A stretch of 64,000 nucleotides of DNA from the NCBI RefSeq assembly GCF_009914755.1, contig NC_060938.1; one strand, given 5' to 3'. The notes below the pieces were generated by a model. It saw nothing but the letters and a program-made list of their open reading frames with translations. It had not been told where the DNA came from and searched no databases. Within the stretch, counting starts at the first letter, position 1. Each line of letters begins with the position of its first letter. Source of the stretch: the human T2T-CHM13v2.0 reference genome, Homo sapiens. The position numbers were made by a program, and so were the translations under genes. Shown here piece by piece: positions 12,803 through 24,626 of this stretch.

Positions 12803-12878
12803 GTGAAATGAAATGTGAGCTAAGATTGTGCCACTGTACTCCAGTCTGTGTGACAGAGTGAGATCCAGTCGAAAAAAT
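12803..12878 (+). mobile_element. Alu 3' fragment island #11
   Basis: GTGAGCTAAGATTGTGCCACTGTACTCCAGTCTGTGTGACAGAGTGAGA. Confidence 0.85.
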
Positions 12879-13998
12879 GGAGTGGAATGGAATGGAGTTG
12901 AATGGAATGGAACGGAGTGAATTGGAATGGAATGGAAAGGAATGAATTGGAATGGAATGGAGTGGAATGCAGTGGAGGGCAGTTGAGTGGAGTGGAGTGA
13001 AATGGAGTGGAGTGGAATGGAGTGGAATGGAGTGGAGTCGAATGGAGTGGAGTGGAATGGAATGGAGTGGAATTGAGTGGATTGGAGTGGAATGGAGTGG
13101 AGTGGAATGGAGTGGAATGGAGTGGAGTCGAATGGAGTGGAGTGGAATGGAGAGGAATGGAGAGCAATGGAGTGGCATGGAATGGAGTGGAATGGAATGG
13201 AATGGAGTTGAGTGTAGTTGAGTGGAGTGGATTGGAGTGGAGTGGAAAGGAGTCGAGTGGAATGGATTGGAAAGGAATGGAGTGGAATGGAATGGAATGG
13301 AGTGAAATTGAATCGAATGGAGTGGAGTGGAGTGGATTGGAGTGGAGTAGAATAGAGTGGAGTGGAATGGAGTGTGGCAGACTGGAGTGGAAAGAAGTGG
13401 AGTGAAATAGAATGGAATGGAGTGGAATGGAATGGAATGGAGTGGATGGAGTGGAAAGGAGTGGAATAGAGTGAAATGGGGTGGAGTGGAATGGAGTGGA
13501 GTGAAATGGAATGGAGTGAAATGGAATGGAAGTTAACGGAATGGAAGAGAATGCAACAGAGTGGGGTGGAGTTTAGTGGAGTGGAGTAGAATACAGTGGA
13601 GGGGAGTTGAGTTGAATAGTTTGGAGAGGAGTGGAGTGGAATGGAGTGGAATGAAGTGGAATGGAAAAGAGTGGAGTGGAATGGAATGGAATGGAATGGA
13701 ATGGAATGGAATGGAATGGAATGAAACAGAATGGAATGAAACGCAATGGAGTGGAGTGGAGTTGATTGGAGAGGAGTGGATTGGAGCGGAATACAGTGGA
13801 GTAGAGTTGAGTCAATTGCAATGGAGTGGAATGGAGTGGAATGAAATGAAGTGGAGTGGAATGGCATGGAATAGAATGGAATGGAATGGGAGGGAAGGGA
13901 AGGGAACGGAACGAAGTGGAGTGGAGTGTAGTTGATTGGAGTGGATCGGAGTGCAGCGGAATGGAATGGAATGGAATGGAATGGAATGGAATGGAATC

Positions 13999-14074
13999 TT
14001 GAAATTAAAAGTGCGCTAAGATTGTGGAACTGCACTCCAGTCTGGGTGACAGAGTGAGATACAGACATAATAAA
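13999..14074 (+). mobile_element. Alu 3' fragment island #12
   Basis: GCTAAGATTGTGGAACTGCACTCCAGTCTGGGTGACAGAGTGAGA. Confidence 0.85.
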
Positions 14075-14955
14075 AGAATGGAATGAAATGGATTAGAATG
14101 GAAAGGAATGGAGAGAAGTGGAATGGCGAGGTGTGGAGTGGAATGGAGTTGAGTGGAATGGAGTGGAGTGCAAAGGAGTGGAATGTTGTGGAATGGAATG
14201 GAATGGGGTGGAATACAATGGAATGGAATGAAGTGGAATGGAATGGAGTTGAAAGGAATGGAGTGGAGTGTAGTGGAGTGGAGTGGAGTGGATTGGAGTG
14301 GAATGGAGTTGAATTGAGTGAAATGGAGTAGAGTGGAATGGAGAAGAGAGGAATGGAATGAAGCAGAATAGAACAAAACGGAATAGAACAGAAAGAAATA
14401 GAAAGGAGTGGAGTGCAGTGGAGTGGAGTTGAGTAGAGTGGATCTGATTGCAGTGGAATGGAATGGAAAGGAATGGAATGGAATGGAATGGAATGGAATG
14501 GAGTGGAGTGGAGTGGAGTGCAGTGAAGTGTAGTGCAGTGGAGTGGAATAGAGTAGAGTGGAGTGGAATTGACAGGAGTGGAGTGGAATGGAATGGAGTG
14601 GAGAGGAATGGAAATAAATGGAATGGAAAGGAATAGAATGGAACGGAATGGATTGGAATGGAACGGAATGGATTGGAACGGAACAGAACAGAGTGGAGTG
14701 CAGTAGAGTGGATTTGAGTCGAGTGGATCGGAGTGCAGTGGAATGGAATGCAATGGAATGGAATGGAATGGCGTGCAGTGCAATGGAACTCGGTAGATTG
14801 GAATGGAATGGAGTGGAGTGGAGTGGATTGGAGTGGAATGGAATGGAGTGGATTGGAGTGTAATGGAATGGAATGGAATGGAGTGGATTGGAGTGTAATG
14901 GAATGGAATGGAATGGAATGGAATGGAATGGAATGGAATGGAATGGAATGGAAAG

Positions 14956-15031
14956 GTGAAATGAACTGTGAGCTAAGATTGTGGCACTGCACTCGAGTCT
15001 GCGTGACAGAGTGAGATCCAGTCGAAAAAAA
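14956..15031 (+). mobile_element. Alu 3' fragment island #13
   Basis: GTGAGCTAAGATTGTGGCACTGCACTCGAGTCTGCGTGACAGAGTGAGA. Confidence 0.85.
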
Positions 15032-16153
15032 TGGACTGGAAAGGAATGGAGTCAAACGGAATGGAATGGAGTAGAATGGAATGGAATGGAGTGGAATGCA
15101 GTGGAGGGGAGTTGAGTGGAGTGGAGTGAAATGGAGTGGAGTGGAATGGAATGGAATGGAGAGGAAAGGAATGGAATTGAATGGAATGGAATGGAGTGGA
15201 GTGGAATGGAATGGAGTGGAATCGAGTGGAGTGGAGTGGAATGGAGTGGAGTGGAATGGAGTGGAGTGGAATGGAGAGGAATGGAGAGGAACGGAATGGC
15301 AAGGAATGGAATGGAATGGAATGGAATGGAATGGAATGGAGTGGAATGGAGTTGAGTGGAGTGGATCAAAGTGGAGAGGAATGGAGTTGAGTGAAATGAA
15401 TTGGAGTGGAATGGAGTGGAATGGAGTGGAGTTGAGTAGAATGGATTAGAGTGGAATGGAGTGAAATGGAATGGCATGGAATGTAGTGGAATGGAATGGA
15501 ATGAAGTGGAATGGAGTGGAGTAGAATAGAGTGGAGTGGAATGGAGTGCGACGGACAAGAGTGGAATGGAGTGGAAAGAAATGGAATGGAATGGAGTGGA
15601 ATGGAATGGAATGGAAAGGAATGGAGTGGATTGGAGTGGAATCAAGTGGAATGGAGTGAAATGGAGTGGAGTGGAATGGAGTGGAGTGGAATGGAATGGA
15701 GTGGAGTGGAATGGAATGGAGTGAAATGGAACGGAATCGAATGGAATGGAAGTGAATGCAACGGAGTTGAGTGGAGTGGAGTTTAGTGGAGTGGAGTGGA
15801 ATAGAGTGGAGTGGAAAGAAGTGGAATGAAGGGGAATGGAAAGGAGTGGAGTGGAATGGAGTGGAATGTATTGGAATGGGTTGGAATGGAATGGAACGAA
15901 ACGGACCGGATTGGAGTGGAGTGGAGGGTAGTGGTGTTGATTGGAAAGGAGTGGATTGGAATGGAATATAGTGGAGTGGAGTTGATTGGATTGCAATGGA
16001 GTGGAATGGAATGCAGTGGTGTGGGATGGAATGGAGTGGAATGGAATGGAATGAAATGGAACGGAGTTGAGTGGAGTGGAGTGGAGTTTATTGGAGTGGA
16101 TCAGAATACAGTGGAATGGAGTACAATTGAATGGAATGGAATGGAATAGATCG

Positions 16154-16229
16154 ATGAAATGAAAAGTGAGCTAAGACTGTTTAACTGCACTCCAGTCTAT
16201 GTAACAGAGTGAGATCCATTCGACATAAA
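16154..16229 (+). mobile_element. Alu 3' fragment island #14
   Basis: GTGAGCTAAGACTGTTTAACTGCACTCCAGTCTATGTAACAGAGTGAGA. Confidence 0.8.
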
Positions 16230-16965
16230 AGAATGGAATGGAATGGAGTATAATATAATGGATTGAAGAGAAGTGGAATGGAATGGAGAGGAATGGATTG
16301 TTGTGGAGTGGAATGGAGTGGAGTGCAAAGGAGCGGAATGTTGTGGAATGGAATGGAATGTAGTGGAATGCAATGGAATGTATGAAGTGCAATGGAAGGC
16401 AGTTGAAAGGAATGGAGTGCAGTGTAGTGGAGTGGAGTAGATTGGAGTGGAATGGAGTTGAATTTAGTGAAATTGAATGGAGTGGAATGGAGTGGAGTGG
16501 AATGGAATGAAGCGGAATGGAAAAAAAAAGGAACAGAACACAAATGAATGGAAAGATTTGGAGTGGAGTGCAGCGGAGTGGAGTTGAGTGGAGTGGATCT
16601 GAGTGCAGTGGAATGGAATGGAATGGAATGAAATGAAATGGAGTGAAGTGGAGTGCAGTGAAGTGGAGTGCAGTGGAGTGGAATGGAGTGGAGTGGAGTG
16701 GAATGGAAAGAAATGGAACGTAATGGAATAGAATGGAATGGAATGGATTGGAACGGAAAGGAATGGAGTGGAGTGGAGTGGAGTGGAGTTGAGTGGAGTG
16801 GATCGGAGTGCAGTGGAAATGAATGAAATGGAATGGAATGGAATGGTCTGCAGTGCAAAGGAACTGAGTGGTTTGGAGTGGAGTGGAATGGAATGGAGTG
16901 GAGTGGATTGGAGTCGAATGGAGTGGAGTGGAATGAAATGGAATGGAATGGAGTTGAATGGAATG

Positions 16966-17041
16966 GTGAAATGAAATGTGAGATAAGATTGTGGCACTGC
17001 ACTCCAGTCTGGCTGACAGAGTGAGATCCAGTAGAAATTAA
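16966..17041 (+). mobile_element. Alu 3' fragment island #15
   Basis: GAGATAAGATTGTGGCACTGCACTCCAGTCTGGCTGACAGAGTGAGA. Confidence 0.85.
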
Positions 17042-18166
17042 GGAAAGAAACGGAATGGAGTAGAATGAAATTAAATGGACTGGAGTGGAATGGAATGAAG
17101 TGGAATGGAGTGGAGTGGATTGGAATGGAGTGGAGTGTAGTGGAGTGGAGTGGAAAGAAGTGGAATGGAATGGAAAGGAATGTAGTGGAATGGAATGGAG
17201 TGGAATGGAATGTAGTGGAATGGAATGGAGTTTAACGGAATGGAGTGGAGTGTAATGGAGTGGAGTGGAGTGGAGTGTAATGGAGTGGAGTAGAGTGGAA
17301 TGGAGTGGAATGGAGTGGAGAGGAATGCAATGGAAAGGAATAGAGTAGAGTGTAGTGAAATGGAGTTGAGGGAATGGAGTGGAGTGGAATGGAATTGATT
17401 GGAATGGAACAAAGTGGCGTGGAGAGGAGTGGCGTGGAAGGGAGTGGAATGGTGTGAAATGGAGAGGAGTGAGTTGGAATGGAGTGGAGTAAAATGGAGT
17501 GGAGTGGAGTGGAATGGAGTGGAGTGGAATGGAATGCAATGGAGTGGAATGGAGTGGAAAGGAATGGATTGGAATGACGTGGAATAGAATGGAGTGGAAT
17601 GGAACGGAGTGGAGTGTGGTGGAGTGGAGTGGAGTGGAGTGGAATAGAGAGCAATGGAATGAAATGTAGTGGAGTGGAATGGAGTGGAGTGGAATGGAAT
17701 GCAGTGGAATGGAACAGAAGGGAATAGAACTGAACGGAATGGAAAGGAGTGGAGTGGATTTGAGTTGATTGGAGTGGTTCAGAGTGCAGTCGAATGGAAT
17801 GGAATAGAATGGAGTGGAGTGGAGTGGAGTGGAATGGAGTGGAGTGGAGTGGAATGGAATGGAGTGGAGTGGAATTGAATGGAGTGGAATGGAATGGAAT
17901 GAAATGGAACAGAATTGAATGGAATATAAAGAAATGGATTGGACTGGAATGGAACGGAGTGGAGTGGAGTTTAGTGGAGTGGATCGGAGAGCATGGGAAT
18001 GGAATATAAAAGAATGGAATGGAATGGAATGCAGTGGAGTGGAATGGAACGGCGTGGAGTGGAGTGGAGTGGACTGCAATGGAATGGAGTGGATTGGAGT
18101 GGAGTTGAATGGAATGGAGTAGATTGTAGTGGAATGGAATGGAATGGAATGGAATGGAACGGAATA

Positions 18167-18242
18167 GTGAAATGAAATGTGAGTTAAGATTGTGCCAATG
18201 CACTCCAGTCTGAGTGACAAAGAGAGATCCAGTCGAAGTAAA
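18167..18242 (+). mobile_element. Alu 3' fragment island #16
   Basis: GTGAGTTAAGATTGTGCCAATGCACTCCAGTCTGAGTGACAAAGAGAGA. Confidence 0.85.
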
Positions 18243-18923
18243 GGAGTGGAATGGAATGGAGTAAAATGGAATGGAATGGAATGGAGTGGAGTGCAATAGA
18301 ATGGAGAGGAATGGATAGGAATGCAATGGAGTGGACAGGAGTGGAGTGGAGTGGAGTGGAATGGAGTGGAAGGGAATGGAATGTAATGGAGTAGAATGGA
18401 ATAGAACGGAGTGCAATGGAATGGAGTGTTGTGGAGTGGAGTGGATTGGAGTGGAGAGGAATGGAGGGGAATAGAGTGAAATTTAGTGGAGTTTAATGAA
18501 GTGGAGTGGAATGGAATGGAGTGGAATGGAATGTAACAGAATGAAACGGAGTGGAGTGGAGTGCAATTGAGTGCAGTGGATAGGAGTGCAGTGGTATGGA
18601 ATGGAATGGAATGGAGTGGATTGGATTGGGGTGGAGTGGAGGGGAGTGGAGTGAAATGCAATGGAATGGAGTGCAATGGAACGGAGTGCACTGGAAAGAA
18701 ATGGAATAAAACGGAATGGAGTGGAATGTAACGGAATGGAATGGAACAGAATGGAATAGAGTGGAGTGGAATAGAGTGGAGTTGAGTGGAGTGTATCGGA
18801 GTGCAGTGGAGTGGAATGGAATGCAGTGGAATGGAATGGCATGGAATGGAGTGGAATGGAATGGAATGGCGTGGAGTGGAGTGGAGTGGAATGGAATGGA
18901 GTAGAATGGAATGCAATGGAATG

Positions 18924-18999
18924 GTGAAATGAAATGTGAGCTAATATTGTGCCACTGCATTCCAGTTTGGGTGACAGAGTGATATCAAGTCAAAATAAA
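18924..18999 (+). mobile_element. Alu 3' fragment island #17
   Basis: GTGAGCTAATATTGTGCCACTGCATTCCAGTTTGGGTGACAGAGTGA. Confidence 0.85.
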
Positions 19000-19643
19000 A
19001 GAAGGGAATGGAATGGAGTAGAAAGGAACGGAATGGAGTGGATTTGATTGGAGTGAAATGGAGTGGAGTGGAATGGAGTGGAGTGGAATGGAGTGGAATA
19101 GCGTGGAATGGAAAAATGTGGAATGCAATGGAATGGAGTGGACTCGAGTGGAGGGGAATGCAGTGGAATGGAATGAAACGGAGTGGATTGGAATGGAGTC
19201 CAGTGAAATGGAATGGAGTGGAATGGAATGGAAAGGAATGGAACGGAATGAAACGGATGGAACGGAGTGGAGTGGTGTGGAGTTGAGTGGAGGTGAGTGG
19301 AGTAAATCAGAGCATAGTGGAATGGAATGGAATGGAGTGGAGTGGCGTGGAGAGCGGTGGAGTGGAATGGAGTGGAGTGGCGTGGAGAGCAGTGGAGTGG
19401 AATGGAGTGGAATGGAATGGAGTGCACTGGAAAGGAAAGGAATGGAACGGAATGGAATGGAATGGAAAGGAATGAAACAGATAGGAATGGAGTGGAGTGG
19501 AGTGCAGTGGAGTTGAGTGGAGCCGATCTGAGTGGGTGGAATGGAATGGGATGGAATGGAGTGGAGTGGAATGAAATGGAGTGGAGTAGAATGGAGTGGA
19601 GTGGAATGGAATGGAGTTGAATGGAATGGATTGGAATGGAATG

Positions 19644-19719
19644 GTTAAAGGAAATGTGATCTAAGATTGTGCCACTGCACTTCATTCTGGGTGACAGAGT
19701 GAAATTCAGTCGAAATAAG
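19644..19719 (+). mobile_element. Alu 3' fragment island #18
   Basis: GTGATCTAAGATTGTGCCACTGCACTTCATTCTGGGTGACAGAGTGA. Confidence 0.85.
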
Positions 19720-20515
19720 AGAATGGAATGGCATGTAGTTGAATGGAATGGAATGGAGTGGCATGGAATGGAATGGAGTGGAATGGAGTGGAGTGCATTG
19801 AAATGGAGTGGAGTCGAATGGAGTGGAGTGGAATGGAGTGGAATGGAATGAAAAGGAATGGAGTGGAACGGAATGGAAAGTAGTGGAATGGAGTGGAGTA
19901 GAGTGGAATGGATTGGAGAGGAATGGAGTGAAGTGGAGTGGAATGAAGTGTATTGGTCTGGAAAGGAATTGAATGGAATTTAGTGGAATGGAATGGAACG
20001 GAGTGGTGTGGAGTGGAGTGGAATGGAGTAGAATGGAGTGAAAAGGAGTGGAGTTAAATGGAGTGGAGTGGAATGGAATGCAGTGGAATGCAATGGAATG
20101 GAACGGAGCAGAACTGAATGGAGCAGAACGGAATCGAACGGAGTGGAGTGTAGTGCAGTGGAGTAGAGGTGAGTGGAGGGGATCGGACTGTAGTGGAATG
20201 GAATGGAATGGAATGGAACGGAGTGGAGTGGAGTGGAATGGAGTGGAGAAGAGTGGAGTGGAGTGGAATGGAGTGGAGAAGAGTGGAGTGGAATGGAATG
20301 GAGTGAAGTGGAATGGAATGGAATGGAACGGAATGGAAAAGAATGGAATGTAACGGAACAGAAGGGAGTGGAGTGGAGTTGAGTGGAGAAGATGGGAGTG
20401 CAGTGGAATGGAATGAAATGGAATGGAAAGGAATAGAATGGAGTGGAGTGGAATGGAATGGATTGGAGTGGAGTGGACTGGAATGGAATGGAAAGGAATG
20501 GAATGGAATGCAAGG

Positions 20516-20591
20516 GTGAAATGTAATGTGAGCTAAGATTTTGCCACTGCACTGCAGTCTTGGTGACAGAGTGAGATCCAATAGAAATAAA
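20516..20591 (+). mobile_element. Alu 3' fragment island #19
   Basis: GTGAGCTAAGATTTTGCCACTGCACTGCAGTCTTGGTGACAGAGTGAGA. Confidence 0.85.
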
Positions 20592-20922
20592 GGAATAGAA
20601 TGGAATGGAGTGGAATGTAATGGAATGGATTGGAGTGGAATGGAGTGGAGTGCAGTGGAATGAAGTGTAGTGGAATGGACTGGAATGGAGTGGAATGGAA
20701 GGGAATGGCATGGAGTGGAATGAATGGCATGGAATTGAATGGAATGGAATGGAATGGAGTGGAATGGAGAGGAATGGAGTGGAATTGAATGGAATGGAAT
20801 GGAATGGAGTGGAATGGAAGGGAAGAGAGTGGAATGGAGTTGGAGTGGAATTGAGAGGAGTGGAACGGAGTTCAGTGGAATGGAATGGAATGGAATGCAA
20901 GGGAAGGGAAGGGAAGCGAATG

Positions 20923-20998
20923 GTGAAATGAAATGTGAGCTAACATTGTGCCACTGAACTCCAGTCTGGGTGACAGAGTAAGATGCAGTAGAAGTAAA
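20923..20998 (+). mobile_element. Alu 3' fragment island #20
   Basis: GTGAGCTAACATTGTGCCACTGAACTCCAGTCTGGGTGACAGAGTAAGA. Confidence 0.85.
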
Positions 20999-21589
20999 GG
21001 AATGGAATGAAATGGAGTAGAATGGAATGGAATGAAGTGGAGTGGAATAAAATTAAGTGGAATGGAGTAGAATGGAGCGGAATGAAGTGGAATGCAGTGG
21101 AATGGAATGGAGTGGAATGAAAAGGAAAGGAATGAAATGGGATGGAGTGGAGTGGAATGGAGTAGAACTGAATGGAGTGGAGTGGAATGAAGTAGAAGAG
21201 AATGGAATGGAGTGGAGTGGAATAGAATGGAGTGGAATGGAGTGGAATTGAGTGAAATAATGTGGAATGGAATGTGGTGGAGTGGAATGGAATTGAGTGG
21301 AAAGGAATGGAACGGAATGGAATGGAATGAAATGGAGCGGAAAGGAATGGTACGGAAAGGAACAGAGTGGAGTGGAGTGGACTGAAGTTGAGTGGAGTGG
21401 ACAGGAGGGCAGTAGAGTAGAATGGAATGGAATGGAATGGAATGGAATGGTAAGGAATTTAATGGAATGGAATGGATTAGAGTGGAATAGAACGGAATGG
21501 AGTGGAGTTGAGTAGAGTTGAGTTGAGTGGAGTGGAGTGGAGTGGAATGGAATGAAATGCAATAGAATGGAATGGAGTGCAATAGAATG

Positions 21590-21665
21590 GTGAAATGAAA
21601 TATGAGCTAAGATTGTTCCACTGCAATCCAGTCTGCGTGACACAGTGAGATCCACTCAAAATAAT
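21590..21665 (+). mobile_element. Alu 3' fragment island #21
   Basis: TGAGCTAAGATTGTTCCACTGCAATCCAGTCTGCGTGACACAGTGAGA. Confidence 0.8.
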
Positions 21666-22226
21666 GGAGTGGAATGTATTGGAGTAGAATGGAATGGAAT
21701 GGAATGGAGTGGAATGCAGTGGAGGGGAGTGGAGTGGAGTGGATTTAAATGGAGTGGAGTGGAATGGAGTGGAATGGAGTAGAATGGAATGGAGTGAAAT
21801 TGAATGGAATGGAGTGGAATCGAGTGGAGTGGAGTTTACTGGACTGGAGTGGAGATCAGTGGAATAGAGTGGAGTGGATTGTAGTGGATTGGAATGGATT
21901 GGAGTTGAATGGAGTGGAATGGAGTGAAATGGAGTGGAGTGGAAAGGAGAGGAGTGGAATGGAATGGAGTGAAATGGAACAGAACTGAATGGAACGGAAG
22001 GGAATGGAATGCAACGGAGTGGAGTGGACTTTAGTGGAGTGGAGTGGAGTGAATTGGAGTGGAATTGAGTGGAGTGGAATGGAGTGCAATGAAGTGGAAG
22101 GAAAAGGAGTGGAGTGGAATGGAATGGAATGGAGGGGAACGGAACGGATCAGAGTGGACTGGAGTGGAGTGGAGTGCAGTTGATTGGAGTGGATCAGAGT
22201 GCAGTGGAATGGAATGGAATGGAATG

Positions 22227-22302
22227 GGGAAATGAAATGTGAGCTAAGATTGTGGAACTGCACTTCAGTCTGGTTGACAGAGTGAGATCCAGTCGAAATA
22301 AA
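22227..22302 (+). mobile_element. Alu 3' fragment island #22
   Basis: GTGAGCTAAGATTGTGGAACTGCACTTCAGTCTGGTTGACAGAGTGAGA. Confidence 0.85.
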
Positions 22303-23148
22303 AGAATGGAATGGAATGGCGTAGAATGGAATGGAGTAGAATGGAATGGAATGCAGTGGAGTGGAATGGAATGGAGTGGAATGCAGTGGTGTGGAGTGGA
22401 ATGGAGTGGAATGCAGTGGTGTGGAGTGGAATGGAGTTGAGTGGAATGGAGTGGAGTGCAAAGGGGTAGAATGGGGTGGAATGGAATGGAATGGAGTGGA
22501 ATGCAATGGAATGGAATGAAGTGGAATGGAATGGAGTTGAGTATAATGGAACGGAGTGTAGTGTACTGGAGTGGATTGGAGTGGAGTGGAGTTTAATTGA
22601 GTGAAATGGAGTGGAGTGGAATGGAGTGGAGTGGAATGGAATGAAGTGGAATGGAACGGCATGGAACAGAACGGAAAGGAATGGAACGGAGTAGAGTGGA
22701 GTGCAGTAGATTGAAGTTGATTGGAGTGGATATGAGTGCAGTGCAATGAAATGGAGTGGAGTGGAGTGCAGTGAAGTAGAGTGCAGGGGAGTGGAATGGA
22801 GTGGAAAGGAGTGGAATGGAATGGAGTGGAGTGGAATGGAAAGAAATGGAATGTAACGGAATATAATGGAACGGAATGGATTGGAACGGAATGGAACAGA
22901 GAGGAGTGGAGAAGAGTGGAGTTGAGTGGAGTGGATAGGAGTGCAGTGGAATGGAATGGAAAGGAATGGAATGGAATGGAATGGAATGGAATGGAATGGA
23001 ATGTAGTGCAGTGCAGTTGAATTGAGTGGATTGGAGTGCAGTGGAATGGAATGGAGTGGAGTCTAGTGGATTGGAGTGGAATGGAATGGAGTGGAGTGTG
23101 GTGGAATGGAATGGAACAGAATGGAAAGGAATGGAAAGGAATTGAATG

Positions 23149-23224
23149 GTGAAACGAAATGTCAGCTAAGATTATGCCACTGAACTCCTATATGGGTGAC
23201 AGAGTGAGATGCAGTCAAAATAAA
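23149..23224 (+). mobile_element. Alu 3' fragment island, HOR type A (also at 30705, 38085, 45540, 52971, 56348, 63893)
   Basis: GTCAGCTAAGATTATGCCACTGAACTCCTATATGGGTGACAGAGTGAGATGCAGTCAAAATAAA. Confidence 0.85.
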
Positions 23225-24550
23225 GGAATGGAATGGAATGGAGTAGAATGGAATTGAATGTAATGGAGTGGAATGGAATGGAGTGGAATGGAGTGGATTG
23301 GATTGGAAAGGAGTGGAGTGTAATGGAGTGGAATGGAATGGAGTGGAATGGAGAGGAATGGAATGGAGTGGAATGGAATAGAGTGGAATGGAGTGTATTG
23401 GAGTGGAGTGTAATCGAGTGGAGTGGAGTGGAGTGGAATGGAGTGAAATGGACTGCAATGGAATGCAGTGGAATGGAATGGAGTAGAATGGAATGGAATT
23501 GAATGGAGTGGAATGCAATGGAAAGGAAAGGAGTGGAGTGGAGTGGAATGGAATGGAGTGGAATGGAATGGAATGGAGTGGAATGGAACGGAGTGGCGTG
23601 GAGTGGAGTGGCGTGGAATGGAGTGGAATTGAGTGAAATGGAGTGGAGTGAAGTGGAATGGAGTGGAGTAGAATGGAGTGGAGTGGAGTGGAATGGAGTG
23701 GGGTGAAATGGAATGCAATGAAGTGGAATGGAGTGGAATGAATTGGAATGGAATGAAGTGGAATTGAATGGAGTGGAATGGAATTTAGTGGAGTGTAGCA
23801 ATGTGGAGTGCAGTGTAGAGGAGTGGAGTGAAGTGGAGTGGAATGGAGAGCAATGGAGTGAAACGGATTGGAATTGATTGGAGTGCATGAGAATGGAATG
23901 AAGTGGAATATAACAGAATGGAACAGAAAGTAACGGAATGGAAAGGAGTGTAGTGGAGTGTAGTGGAGTTGAGTAGAGTGGTTCGGAGTGCAATCAAATG
24001 GAATGGAATAGAATGGAAAGGATTTTAGTGGAGTGGAGTGGAGTGAAATGGAATGAAGGGGAGTGGAATGGAATTAAATTTAACAGAATTCAATGGAATA
24101 TAACGAAATGGATAGGATCAGAACGGAACAGAGCGGAGTGGAGTGGAGTGGAGTGGATCGGAGTGCAGTGGAAAGGAATGGAATAGAATGGAATGGAATG
24201 CAGTGGAGTGGAATGGAATGGAGTGGAATGGAGTTGAGTGGAGTGGATCGGAGTGCAGTGGAAAGGAATGGAAGAGAATGGAATGGAATGGAATGCAGTG
24301 GACTGGAATGGAATGGAGTGGAGTGGAGTGCAGTGGAATCGAGTGGAGTGGAGTGGAATGGAATGGAGTGTAATGGAGTTGAGTGGAGTGGATCGGAGTG
24401 CAGTGGAAAGGAATGGAAGAGAATGGAATGGAATGGAATGCAGTGGACTGGAATGGAATGGAGTGGAGTGGAGTGCAGTGGAATCGAGTGGAGTGGAGTG
24501 GAATGGAGTAGAATGGAATGGAGTGGAGTGTAGTGGAATGGAATGGAATG

Positions 24551-24626
24551 GTGAAATGAAATGTCAGCTAAGATTGTGCAACTGCATTCCAGTCTGGGTG
24601 ACAAAGTGAGATCCAGTCGAAGTAAA
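24551..24626 (+). mobile_element. Alu 3' fragment island, HOR type B (also at 31957, 39417, 46807, 54243, 57620)
   Basis: GTCAGCTAAGATTGTGCAACTGCATTCCAGTCTGGGTGACAAAGTGAGATCCAGTCGAAGTAAA. Confidence 0.85.

Larger units (their letters stand above)
1..22749 (+). repeat. Old divergent layer of the composite satellite (22 distinct Alu-fragment islands, irregular spacing of 0.26-3.0 kb)
   Basis: Every island carries private substitutions, and no kb-scale near-identical copies are seen. Confidence 0.85.

Noticed and set aside
16521-16529. A9 run as a possible retro-insertion tail
   Set aside because: No upstream element or target-site duplication; it is explained by mutated GGAAA/AGAAA pentamers.
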